The notes under the pieces are model-generated. The model did not search any database. It was not told the DNA's origin and saw nothing but the letters and a program-made list of their open reading frames with translations. Below are positions 28,028 through 37,141 of a stretch of DNA of 64,000 bases, in pieces. Source of the stretch: an uncultured Aminicenantes bacterium (GTDB taxonomy: Bacteria; Acidobacteriota; Aminicenantia; UBA2199); the NCBI GenBank assembly GCA_965195285.1, contig CBDAFS010000015.1, forward strand, positions 32,001-96,000. The letters run 5' to 3'. Within the stretch, counting starts at the first letter, position 1. The number at the start of each line of letters is the position of its first letter. Made by a program: the position numbers and the translations under genes.

Positions 28028-30070
28028 TCAGTCTGAAACCATCAGGACTTCATTTAACTTGTCGACCAGTTGATTCAGTGAATATGGCTTCTGGATAAAT
28101 CCCGCCAATCCCTGCCCGATAAAATGACTGGTGGCTTCCTGTTCACTGTATCCACTGGAAAGAATCACTTTAATTTTTGGTTCTATGCGGGTCAATTCCC
28201 GAAATGCCTCTTCTCCATTCATATTGGGCATGGTGGTATCAAGAAGGACCAGAGCAATGCTTTCTTTATGCCGGCTGAAAACATCCACCCCTTCACGCCC
28301 ATCCATGGCTTTTAAAACCTTGAATCCAGCACACTCCAGCATATTGCTGGTCACATCCAGAACCGCCTCCTCGTCATCGACGACCAGAATGGTTTTGGCG
28401 TCTATGTTTTTCTTGTCGTGATTTGATTTCTCCTGGGTTTTCATTTTGGTTTTTTTCTCCATTATAGGCAAAATTGCTCTTATTGATGAACCCTTTCCAG
28501 ATTTACTCCAAACCTTCAGGGTACCATTATGACCCCGTACAATCCCCAAAACTACAGCCAGGCCCAATCCCCGCCCGCTGAATTTCGTGGTGAAAAACGG
28601 ATCAAATATTTTATTCTTGATATTGGCTTCCATTCCCGGACCGGAATCGGTTACTTCCAGGCAAATATATTCACCCTCCCTTAGATTGGGATCCAGATAA
28701 TCATCTACAAACGAGGCCCGATTCATCTTCAATCGACAGGTTTTTACCTGCACGGTCCCGTTTTTTTCTCCAATCGCCTCTGAAGCATTGATGATGAGGT
28801 TTAAAATAACCTGTCGAATTTGAGATGAATCGGCCATAATTGGGGGCAGAAGCTTATCAAATTCGAATTTGAGAGAAACTTTTTTGGATATGGAGGCTTT
28901 CAATAGCTGGCGCATATCATCAATTAGTCGGGAAAGATTGACCTCTTTCAGGATGAACTTTCCCTTTCCCGAGTAGGCCAGCATTTGATTGGTGAGTTCA
29001 GCGGCATCTTTTGATGACTTTTCAACTTTTTTTATAAATTTATAGGGTAGGGCTTCCGGTGATAAATAACTGGAGGCCAGACTGGCATTGCCCAATATTG
29101 CCATCAGTAGATTATTGAAATCATGGGCAATCCCTCCGGCAAGGATTTCCAGACTCTTCAGTTTCTGAGTATATTGCATCTGGGACTGCAATTTTTGACG
29201 CTCTGCCTCTGCTTTTTTTATTTCGGTGATATCGGTTAGCAGACCTTCATAGTGAGAAATATTCCCGTGTTCATCTCGGACGATTCGGGCATTTTCAAGA
29301 AACGTGATTTTACGGCCATTCTTGCATCGAAGCTGCAACTCAAAATTTCGCACTTCACCTTCTCTTTCCAATTTGTGGGTTAAAAACTTCCGGTATTCCG
29401 GGTTGACATACAGATCCTGTACCTTGGTGGTTTTACATAATTCCGCTTCAGAATTATATCCCAGCATCTTCACCAGTGCCGGATTGGCAGCCAGAATTAT
29501 TCCGTCAGGCCGGGTCAGGAATAATCCTTCAATCATGTTTTCAAAAAGACTGCGGTATTTGGCTTCGGATTGCTGAAGCTCAAGGTTGGCCGTTTGGAGT
29601 TCGGAGGTCCGCTCCCTTACCCGATTTTCCAGCTGAATATGAGCTTGCTTGAGGGCCTGTTCGGTTTTGATACGATCGGTAATGTCTTCAACGATTCCAT
29701 CTAAATATTTAACCTGTCCATGATGATCCCTGACAGCCATGGCCGTGGTGGAACAAATGATTGGAGTTCCGTCTTTTTTCTTGCAATTCAAAATTTCATT
29801 TCTGACCAAACCCTGGCTGAGAACTTTGTGACTGAATTTATCCCGGTCCTCGGGCAATTGATAGATATCGACCGGATGTATCCTGAGATATTCAGATTTG
29901 CTGGAATATCCAAACATCTCATACATGGCCGGGTTCACTTCAATGTATTTACCTTCCGGACCTGCAGTACTCCGGTATATTCCCACATTAATATTTTCAG
30001 TTATGGACCGGTACTTTTCCTCGCTCTCCAGAAGTGTTGCTTTGGATTTATCCCCTTCTTTTTTTGCCAT
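28028..30070 (-). CDS. PAS-PAS hybrid histidine kinase / receiver (CckA-like)
   Basis: Two PAS domains, AHDFNNLL H-box, N/G/F boxes (DPFFTTK, GRGLGL), C-terminal REC. Confidence 0.95.
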   Translation of the reverse strand: MAKKEGDKSKATLLESEEKYRSITENINVGIYRSTAGPEGKYIEVNPAMYEMFGYSSKSEYLRIHPVDIYQLPEDRDKFSHKVLSQGLVRNEILNCKKKDGTPIICSTTAMAVRDHHGQVKYLDGIVEDITDRIKTEQALKQAHIQLENRVRERTSELQTANLELQQSEAKYRSLFENMIEGLFLTRPDGIILAANPALVKMLGYNSEAELCKTTKVQDLYVNPEYRKFLTHKLEREGEVRNFELQLRCKNGRKITFLENARIVRDEHGNISHYEGLLTDITEIKKAEAERQKLQSQMQYTQKLKSLEILAGGIAHDFNNLLMAILGNASLASSYLSPEALPYKFIKKVEKSSKDAAELTNQMLAYSGKGKFILKEVNLSRLIDDMRQLLKASISKKVSLKFEFDKLLPPIMADSSQIRQVILNLIINASEAIGEKNGTVQVKTCRLKMNRASFVDDYLDPNLREGEYICLEVTDSGPGMEANIKNKIFDPFFTTKFSGRGLGLAVVLGIVRGHNGTLKVWSKSGKGSSIRAILPIMEKKTKMKTQEKSNHDKKNIDAKTILVVDDEEAVLDVTSNMLECAGFKVLKAMDGREGVDVFSRHKESIALVLLDTTMPNMNGEEAFRELTRIEPKIKVILSSGYSEQEATSHFIGQGLAGFIQKPYSLNQLVDKLNEVLMVSD

Positions 30071-30204
30071 ATCAAAGCTGCTTTATTTTACCTTTTAAAA
30101 AAAACAATTTCAACCCCATCGGTATAAAATGTTACAATTTTCCGGGGGCCTGGAAGAAAAGATGCTTTTGATTATTTGGTTAGTTGTGATAAAATAGCTC
30201 TATT

Positions 30205-30278
30205 CGGGGTGTAGCGCAGGCTGGTAGCGCGCACGGTTCGGGATCGTGAGGTCGGAGGTTCGAATCCTCTCACCCCGA
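30205..30278 (+). tRNA. tRNA-Pro (anticodon CGG), CCA not encoded
   Basis: Acceptor stem CGGGGTG/CACCCCG, D arm, anticodon arm CACGG-TTCGGGA-TCGTG, T loop GGTTCGAATCC. Confidence 0.96.
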
Positions 30279-30290
30279 TTTTATTAAAAC

Positions 30291-30374
30291 AGTAAGTAGT
30301 AGGAAGTAAGTAGTAGGTAGTAGGAAGTAAGTAGTAGGTAGTAGGAAGTAGGAAGTAGGAAGTAGGTAGTGGAT
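30291..30374 (+). repeat. Heptamer tandem repeat AGTA(A/G)G(T/A) x 11-12
   Basis: Units AGTAAGT, AGTAGGA and AGTAGGT start 12 nt after the tRNA. Confidence 0.92.
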
Positions 30375-30526
30375 TAATTTCTCATAAAAGTCTCGTATAA
30401 TTCTCACGGATTTTTCCCAAATTTTATTAATAATATTCGAACAATATCTTCATGAACGGATTTTTGGTGATATTTAATTGAAAATGCAAGATTATGATGT
30501 AAATCTGGGTATCAGTTTTCATTTTT

Positions 30527-31549
30527 TCAATTTGCCAATTTTATTTGAAAGCGGTTGATCTCCCAGACCTCTTTTTCAATATTTTCTTCAAGATAATAAT
30601 AAAATCCATCCAGGATACTGTGGAGTGTGGCCTGGTCGGTGTAGAAATTTATTGCAGGCAAATGGGTGTTCCCTTTTAAATTACCCTTCAGATCAAAAAC
30701 AAGCCATTTTATCTGTCGATTTTTAACCTGAAAGGTTTGCACATAAATCAAATCTTGATCAATAAAAAAATCCCTGACCGCCGGAAAATGATCCGGGAAG
30801 GTAAGGTATTGTTTCAAGTAATTCCAAAAGATTTTCCATTCGGGGCTGGTCCTGTAGTAAGTTTTCAATTTTTCGATGTATGCAGCGGGAACCTTTAATT
30901 TGTCTGCTTGATGGTCTATTGGTGACAATCTATTTCCTTTAAAATCAAATACACGTATAGATATGGTATCCAAATCGCTGGACAGGTAGATTTTTTCCTT
31001 ATACACTATAAATTTGTAGTTGGGCTTGGGTACAAATATTTTCACTCCCATCCCTACGGGGGTATTGGTTCTTAAAAGGATTTTTTTTCTCCTCATTTCC
31101 TTATCAAACAGGGCAATCCCCTGAACCTGAAATCCCTCTCCCGTAGCCAGTGAGGTTGAGGAGATAAAACCGCCTTCCACCGGAATAAACCGCTGCATGG
31201 GAGGAACCTTGCACTCCCCGATTGGATTTCCTTCCAGGGTAAAAAGGGACAGCTTCCCGATACTGCCAATCGCCAGCTTCCCGTCCACAGCATCAATGGT
31301 AAGGCTGTTGATCCCGTGACCCAGTTTGAATTCACCGGGTCCTTCTCCGGGATTTCCGAATTTCTTGATCAATTTCAAATCTTGTAAAGAATAGATATAA
31401 ACCCGGTGTTTCTCTCCGATGTAAATATGGTTTTTGGTTAGCAAGAAGGCATCTGGTTTGGAGACTTCGTACAATATTTTTTTACTTCCGAGAACAATAC
31501 TGGGACAAAATATGAAAACCATAACTATAACTGTAACCATCTTTTTCAT
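30527..31549 (-). CDS. Secreted 6-bladed beta-propeller protein
   Basis: Signal peptide; FGNPGEGPGEF motif; repeated VFD..G. Confidence 0.8.
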   Translation of the reverse strand: MKKMVTVIVMVFIFCPSIVLGSKKILYEVSKPDAFLLTKNHIYIGEKHRVYIYSLQDLKLIKKFGNPGEGPGEFKLGHGINSLTIDAVDGKLAIGSIGKLSLFTLEGNPIGECKVPPMQRFIPVEGGFISSTSLATGEGFQVQGIALFDKEMRRKKILLRTNTPVGMGVKIFVPKPNYKFIVYKEKIYLSSDLDTISIRVFDFKGNRLSPIDHQADKLKVPAAYIEKLKTYYRTSPEWKIFWNYLKQYLTFPDHFPAVRDFFIDQDLIYVQTFQVKNRQIKWLVFDLKGNLKGNTHLPAINFYTDQATLHSILDGFYYYLEENIEKEVWEINRFQIKLAN

Positions 31550-31589
31550 ATATATTCTCCTAAATAACAATGCTCAGGGTTCTTTTCTT

Positions 31590-32123
31590 TCATGAATTCT
31601 CCAGGGTTTTCATTACTTCATCTAAAAACTGCATTTCCAAAGTTAATGCACGGTGGATATATTCTATTGCCAGATTGGTACTTCCGTGATGGTGATTGTT
31701 TGGTGCTGCGTTGCCTTCAGTCTTTTTATTGAAAATGGCAATATACTTTTCAATTTGAGATTTTCGATTTCGAATTAGTTTAACGGCTTCAGGCGCTGGT
31801 ATTGCATCTAGAAAGCAAATGCTTACCATACCAGGATGTTCACCGGGAGTGAAGGCAGTAAGTTGCTGTCTGAGGAGTTTGAAAAACATAGCTTCACCAC
31901 CCTCTGTAACTGTATATACTTTCCTTGCTCTATTACCAGTTAGTTCATCCCGATGTGTGATCCAGCCGTCTTTTTCCATTATTTCAAGCAAATTATACGA
32001 AGTTGGCTTTTTCATTGTGATTGGAATAGTTAAGTCAAGATGGGCGTTGAGCATATAACCATGCATATCTGTTTGCCTGAGCATTCCGAGTAAAAGTAAT
32101 TTACGTTCATTAATCATAGACAT
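31590..32123 (-). CDS. PadR family transcriptional regulator
   Basis: LLGML...MHGY, Y..L..ME..GWI, RKVYTVTEGG; AT-rich. Confidence 0.9.
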   Translation of the reverse strand: MSMINERKLLLLGMLRQTDMHGYMLNAHLDLTIPITMKKPTSYNLLEIMEKDGWITHRDELTGNRARKVYTVTEGGEAMFFKLLRQQLTAFTPGEHPGMVSICFLDAIPAPEAVKLIRNRKSQIEKYIAIFNKKTEGNAAPNNHHHGSTNLAIEYIHRALTLEMQFLDEVMKTLENS

Positions 32124-32135
32124 TATAAATCCTTA

Positions 32136-32185
32136 TAGTCAGTTCTGACTGTTTATAGTTTAGTCAAAACTGACTATATTGTCAA
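32136..32185 (-). promoter_or_regulatory. PadR promoter with two AGTCA-N4-TGACT palindromic operators
   Basis: Palindromes at 32136-32151 and 32161-32176; minus-strand TTGACA (32180-32185), 17-bp spacer, TAAACT (32157-32162). Confidence 0.75.
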
Positions 32186-32215
32186 GTAGGTAGAATAATT
32201 TTTTTATTTTTTTTC

Positions 32216-32310
32216 AAAAGGGGGGTGACGAAAAGGGGGTGACGCTAAAGGGGGTGACGGTGCTTGTAAACTTGTATTTATCTCACCTCAGCTTTTCAAC
32301 CGCACTTTTC
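32216..32310 (-). mobile_element. Relic right end of a RAYT element with triplicated terminus
   Basis: GGGGTGACGGTGCTTGTAAACTTGTATTTATCTCA..AGCTTTTCAACCG matches the reverse complement of 20303-20355, including the last codons (KVRLKS-stop vs KIRLKS-stop). Confidence 0.85.
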
Positions 32311-32498
32311 TTTTCCCTCTTATTGTATTGATGGATGGTGTGATTTGAACTTAACTTCAGGATATTCATTTGCTTTCGGTTCTGTCGGATACCACACTTA
32401 CACCCAGCATAAGAGCCGCTGGGATTTGGAAGAGAGAAATCAGAGCGGGAATCAACCGTTGCACAATTGAATCAAAAAAAATTTAAAAGCTTAATTGT

Positions 32499-32530
32499 GA
32501 AGATGAGAAGTTAAGAAGTTGAGAAAATGA
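32499..32530 (+). repeat. Octamer tandem repeat (GAAGWTRA-like) x4
   Basis: GAAGATGA GAAGTTAA GAAGTTGA GAAAATGA directly after the DUF72 stop. Confidence 0.6.
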
Positions 32531-33328
32531 CTATTTTTCTATGAGGATATTTTTTAGTTCTTTCAGGTTTCTGACTGCCTGGCCTTTATAGTGGTTGTTG
32601 CCGGAGACAAAGATGGTCCGGGCTAATTTTTTTAATTTTTTCATCTTTTCAGCAATTTGAGTGAGTTCTTGAGTGCTGTAAGAGTAGTTGTAGCGGGCAT
32701 CCCGCCCCTGATTGGAAAACCAGGACTGGTAATTGCGGCCGTGCAGCCGGAAATAGGATATCTCGGGGTGGGTCAGGTGCCAGGTCAGGGGAAGTGATTG
32801 GGAGATAACCGGCTGGTCAATGTTGACCCAGATCATCCGGTTCTGCTTGAAAGCATCCATGGTTTCTTCCCGGTTCCAGCTGTTGTGGCGGAATTCAACG
32901 GCAAAAGTATGAGACTGGAAATACTTCTGCAGGTTCATTAAGTAATCGAAATTATCGGTTGATAACTTGAATGAATACGGAAACTGAGCCAGGAATCCTG
33001 CCAGTTTATTGGATTGAATCAGGGGCTGGCAGGAATTAAAAAAATCCTTCATGTCATTTTCAGCCCATTCCCGTTTGTGGGTAAAATGTTGATAAATCTT
33101 TATCCAGAACGAAAAGTGCGGGAGTGATTCTGTTTTTGATACCCATCCGTTTGTCAGTTTCAAGGAGGGAATCCGGTAAAATGTGGTGTTTACTTCAACA
33201 AAATCAAAATCTCGGGAAAGAAACAGCAGCGGGTTAAAAAAAGGTTCCCTGGGGACGGGGTAGACAGTGTCCTCCCAGTCTTTATAACTCCATCCGGCGG
33301 TTCCAAACAGATACTGTGCGTCGGTCAT
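32531..33328 (-). CDS. DUF72 (YecE) family protein
   Basis: GTAGWSY, VEVNTTFY, QFP.SF, EFRH.SW, Y.RLHGRN, NNH. Confidence 0.92.
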   Translation of the reverse strand: MTDAQYLFGTAGWSYKDWEDTVYPVPREPFFNPLLFLSRDFDFVEVNTTFYRIPSLKLTNGWVSKTESLPHFSFWIKIYQHFTHKREWAENDMKDFFNSCQPLIQSNKLAGFLAQFPYSFKLSTDNFDYLMNLQKYFQSHTFAVEFRHNSWNREETMDAFKQNRMIWVNIDQPVISQSLPLTWHLTHPEISYFRLHGRNYQSWFSNQGRDARYNYSYSTQELTQIAEKMKKLKKLARTIFVSGNNHYKGQAVRNLKELKNILIEK

Positions 33329-33332
33329 TGGA

Positions 33333-33749
33333 TCAGGGTTTTAAATTCAGCAGGTCGGACAAAAGCTTTTCCTGAAGTTTTTCCATTTCTCCGGTGTCCT
33401 GTTCATGATCGTAGCCGGCCAGGTGGAGAATGCCGTGGATCATCAGCCTCAATAATTCGTTATTTGGGGGAATGTCGAATTTTTGAGCCTGTTCATGTGC
33501 CAGGGGAAAGCAGATGAAGATATCTCCCAGGTAAAATCCCCCGGGGAGTTGTTGCTGAAGGGGAAAACTCAACACATCGGTGGGATAATCTTTTTGTAAA
33601 TATTCCAGGTTTAAGGCCTGAGATTCCTGGCTGGATCCCAGTTTTATGGAAATGTCTCCCTTGAGGTCCAGTATCCGGGAAAGTTCGGATAATCTGGAAA
33701 CAAAGTATTTCTCATCTATTTTATGCCTATTTTTGATTAGATTTATCAT
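33333..33749 (-). CDS. ybeY: Endoribonuclease YbeY
   Basis: PTDVLSF, LGDI, HGILHLAGYDH. Confidence 0.95.
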   Translation of the reverse strand: MINLIKNRHKIDEKYFVSRLSELSRILDLKGDISIKLGSSQESQALNLEYLQKDYPTDVLSFPLQQQLPGGFYLGDIFICFPLAHEQAQKFDIPPNNELLRLMIHGILHLAGYDHEQDTGEMEKLQEKLLSDLLNLKP

Positions 33750-36021
33750 GATGGTGGTTTTCTTTAAAGTCAAAGCCGGGATACGATATTCTCATATTGT
33801 AAATAGAGGATAATTTTTTTAAAAATCCATTGGCGATGATATTTAAGGCTTTGAAGGTGATGCCTTCACCGGCATCAAATTGTTTTTCTTCTATATTGGT
33901 GTCGATTATTTGTTGAATGACATTTCGAATCTCTTCATCAGTGGGAGAGGCCAGGCTTTTGGAGGCCGCTTCCACCTGGTCGGCCAGCATAATAATGGCA
34001 TTTTCAATGTTCTGAGGTTTTTCCCCCGGATATTTGAAATTTTTTTCATCAATTTCCTCGGCTTCGGCATCATTCTGTTCCAGGGCCTTATCGTAAAAAA
34101 AATGAACCAGTTTGGTTCCGTGATGCTGGGATATAGAAGAAGATACCACCTGGGGGATTTTCAGTTTCTTGGCGATTTCAAGCCCGTCAGGAATATGGGC
34201 GATGATCATTTTGGCACTTTCCTGAGGTGACAGCTTGTCATGGGGGTTATCCGGATAAAGGGTGTTGTTTTCGGTAAAAAACTGCGGGGTTTCAATTTTA
34301 CCGATATCATGGTAAAGAGCCATGGCTGTAATCAGGTAAGGAGATAATTTTAAATCGAGAGCAGCGGTTTCCGAGAGTGTGGCCACCATCAGGGAATGAT
34401 GGTAGGTGCCCGGAGCCTTTTCCAGCATTTCCCGGAATATCGGGAGATTCAAATTGTTGAGCTCAATGAGCTTCAAATCACTGATCAGATTAAAAATAAC
34501 TTCCCAGAGGGGGATGATGAAATTGGCTAAAATAGCCGAGAGAATGGCTGATATACCGCCCATGAACAGATTGAATGCCATCAGGGACACATCCATATTT
34601 GGATCGGTCAGGTTAAAGAGCAATATGAAAAAAATGTTAATAGGAATCAGCCAGAAGATACTGGCCTTCAGGATAGGGGAACGTTTGATTCGCTGGTAGT
34701 ATTCAATGGCATAGGTAATGAACAGGTTTCCTACCAGTATATAAAGAACAATGGATAAATCCCAATCGCATATAATACCGCCGATAATGGAATTGATAAA
34801 GGAATATATAACCGCGCTTTCAAGAGTAAAGATGAACGCAATAAGCAGGGCGCTGAAACCAAAGGGAATGGCAAAGTATATACTGTCAATGTTGTAGTTT
34901 AGGTCAAAAGAAATATTTTTCAGAATCAAAGGAAATAAAAATATCGATATCCGGTAGATGACTGCACTCAAAAAGAGGGTGGTACAGGTGACAACGAACA
35001 GTTTGTGCCGGTTTAAATCACCGGATTTCCAGGTATTGAAAAATTTGGCAATAAACAGGAATAAGAATCCCATTATGGCCAGTATCAGATAATAACTGGA
35101 CAGTTTTTTCCCCCTTATTTTTTGCTCTGACGCAATCAATTTGATTATTTTAATATCTTCCGGGCTGATTTCATCTCCCTTTCTCAGAATGACTTTACCG
35201 GATTTTAGTTTGATGATAACCGGATTTATTTGAGCAGAGGCGTTGGCTTCCTCTTCTCGGGTAAGGGTTATTGAATAGGCCAGATTCACATCGATAAATT
35301 CCATGAAGATCAATGACAGAATCTCGATTTCCTGAGGAGATAGTTGCTGATCCTTGAGAAAAGCATTCAATAAAATCTGGACATCCCTCAAATCTTTGAC
35401 ATCCTCTATTTTGAGGATTTGCTGTTCACGGTTCTTGGAAACCACCTTGATGGTTCCTTCTTTGCTTTTTTTGGCACCTAATGTTGAAGCCAGAATTCCG
35501 GCTTTTTCAATCTGATCGATAAATTCAAACAGCTTATTCAGATTGACTTTAAAAAATGGATTGGAAAGCAGGATGTATTTCAGCTGTTTTTCATTGATCA
35601 CAATCCCGAAGGTTTTTTCAATGGTAGACTTGATACCGGGAAGTTCCTTTCGGTTTTTTATGTACTTTTTACGCGATTGTCGGAGCAACTGATACCATTC
35701 ATTGATGAGTCCTTTGGCTTTTCCCTGGTTTTCCGCATAGTATTCGTAAACCGGGGTTACATTTTCAATGGCGGCTTTTCTTTTTTCATTGGTGCTTATT
35801 TTGTCTTCAACCGTGATATCTTTTTTAATGATAATATTCTCTTTGACGATATTTCCGGCTTTGAACGTATGATCCGCGATGGGTTTTTCCTGGGGAATAT
35901 ATAAAACATAAGAAATAGCCAGAATAAAGGCCATGGCAACCAGAATTTTTATCAACGAAGGGCGCTTCCGCTTACCTTCGGTGGAATTATAATTTTTGAA
36001 GAAATTCAGCTCAAATTTCAT
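33727..36021 (-). CDS. 7TM-HD phosphohydrolase (PgpH-like c-di-AMP phosphodiesterase)
   Basis: Extracellular domain, 7 TM, APGTYHHS, YHDIGK, HHGT, MLAD.VEAA; classic phoH-HD-ybeY context. Confidence 0.88.
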   Translation of the reverse strand: MKFELNFFKNYNSTEGKRKRPSLIKILVAMAFILAISYVLYIPQEKPIADHTFKAGNIVKENIIIKKDITVEDKISTNEKRKAAIENVTPVYEYYAENQGKAKGLINEWYQLLRQSRKKYIKNRKELPGIKSTIEKTFGIVINEKQLKYILLSNPFFKVNLNKLFEFIDQIEKAGILASTLGAKKSKEGTIKVVSKNREQQILKIEDVKDLRDVQILLNAFLKDQQLSPQEIEILSLIFMEFIDVNLAYSITLTREEEANASAQINPVIIKLKSGKVILRKGDEISPEDIKIIKLIASEQKIRGKKLSSYYLILAIMGFLFLFIAKFFNTWKSGDLNRHKLFVVTCTTLFLSAVIYRISIFLFPLILKNISFDLNYNIDSIYFAIPFGFSALLIAFIFTLESAVIYSFINSIIGGIICDWDLSIVLYILVGNLFITYAIEYYQRIKRSPILKASIFWLIPINIFFILLFNLTDPNMDVSLMAFNLFMGGISAILSAILANFIIPLWEVIFNLISDLKLIELNNLNLPIFREMLEKAPGTYHHSLMVATLSETAALDLKLSPYLITAMALYHDIGKIETPQFFTENNTLYPDNPHDKLSPQESAKMIIAHIPDGLEIAKKLKIPQVVSSSISQHHGTKLVHFFYDKALEQNDAEAEEIDEKNFKYPGEKPQNIENAIIMLADQVEAASKSLASPTDEEIRNVIQQIIDTNIEEKQFDAGEGITFKALNIIANGFLKKLSSIYNMRISYPGFDFKENHHHDKSNQK

Positions 36022-36958
36022 TTTTCTTGGTTTCGTAGGCTTCTATGATTTTTTGAACCAATTCATGTCTCACCACATCGGTGGCATTCAGGTGAACGAT
36101 TTTGATTCCTTTAATTGGTTTGAGTATTTTAAGGGCTTTAAATATACCTGATTTTTTAGGTTCATTCAAATCAATCTGGGAAATGTCAGCAGTGACCACG
36201 ACTTTTGAATGTTGTCCAAATCGGGTGAGAAACATCTTCATCTGGGCTCTGGAGGTATTTTGACCTTCATCCAGGATAATAAAGGCATTGTTGATAGTCC
36301 TGCCCCGCATATAGGCCAGGGGAGCGATTTCTATGATTCCTTTGTCGATAAATTCCGAAGTTTTATCAAAACCGATGAAATAATACAATGCGTCATAAAG
36401 GGGCCTGAAATAAGGATTTACCTTCTGTTGGATGTCACCCGGCAGAAATCCCAGTTTTTCTCCGGCTTCCACGACCGGTCGGGTCAGTACAATTCGCTCT
36501 ACTCTTTTTTTCAGTAAATATTGAAGTGCTACGGCAATGGCCAGGAAGGTTTTTCCGGTACCGGCCGGCCCGATGCTAAAGGCCAGATCATTGTCTAACA
36601 TAGCCTTGATATAGTTATTTTGATTATGGGTTTTGGGAGAGACTTCTTTTCCATTCAGTTTGAGCACGGATCTGGATTTTATTTCTTTCTCCATCAATTC
36701 GATTTTTCCATCATTGGCCAGGCTGAGACTGATTTTGAAATCATCTTCAGTGAAACTTCCGTTTTGTTTCAACGATTTCAGGATTTGTTTTATATATAGC
36801 CTGAAATTTTTTTTATCCCGGATTTGACCGTCAAACATAATCTTGTTTCCCCTCAGGGCAATATCTACATTAAACATGGATTCCAGTTGGGCAGTATATT
36901 TATTAATGATGGGAACTAGATCCTGGAAATGTGGATCCGGGTAGATTATTTCTTCCAT
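36011..36958 (-). CDS. phoH: PhoH family ATPase
   Basis: GPAGTGKT, RPVVEAGEKLGFLPGD, YMRGRT, DEGQN. Confidence 0.95.
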   Translation of the reverse strand: MEEIIYPDPHFQDLVPIINKYTAQLESMFNVDIALRGNKIMFDGQIRDKKNFRLYIKQILKSLKQNGSFTEDDFKISLSLANDGKIELMEKEIKSRSVLKLNGKEVSPKTHNQNNYIKAMLDNDLAFSIGPAGTGKTFLAIAVALQYLLKKRVERIVLTRPVVEAGEKLGFLPGDIQQKVNPYFRPLYDALYYFIGFDKTSEFIDKGIIEIAPLAYMRGRTINNAFIILDEGQNTSRAQMKMFLTRFGQHSKVVVTADISQIDLNEPKKSGIFKALKILKPIKGIKIVHLNATDVVRHELVQKIIEAYETKKNEI

Positions 36959-37141
36959 ATTTGATTGTTCCGTACCAAAATCATTATCTTAATTATAAAT
37001 CTCAAAACCACATTTGTCAAATTCACAACCGGGATTCATCTGTGGTGTAAATGCGAAGCCAAGGGCGGGGTCCGAAAATCAAAAATAAAAAATTCAATTT
37101 TTTAAATTTATTATAATATTATAATAGCAGGAATAACAAAA

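Noticed and set aside
30291-30374. Possible CRISPR array
   Set aside because: Contiguous 7-nt units with no spacers, and no cas genes in the window
32311-32498. Possible ncRNA (CCCAGC/GCTGGG hairpin); also GC-rich patches at 37021-37080 and 51861-51945
   Set aside because: No recognisable Rfam-like motif by eye; a covariance-model search would be needed
30205-32530. Integrase-type island with attL/attR at tRNA-Pro
   Set aside because: No second copy of the tRNA 3' end and no integrase found
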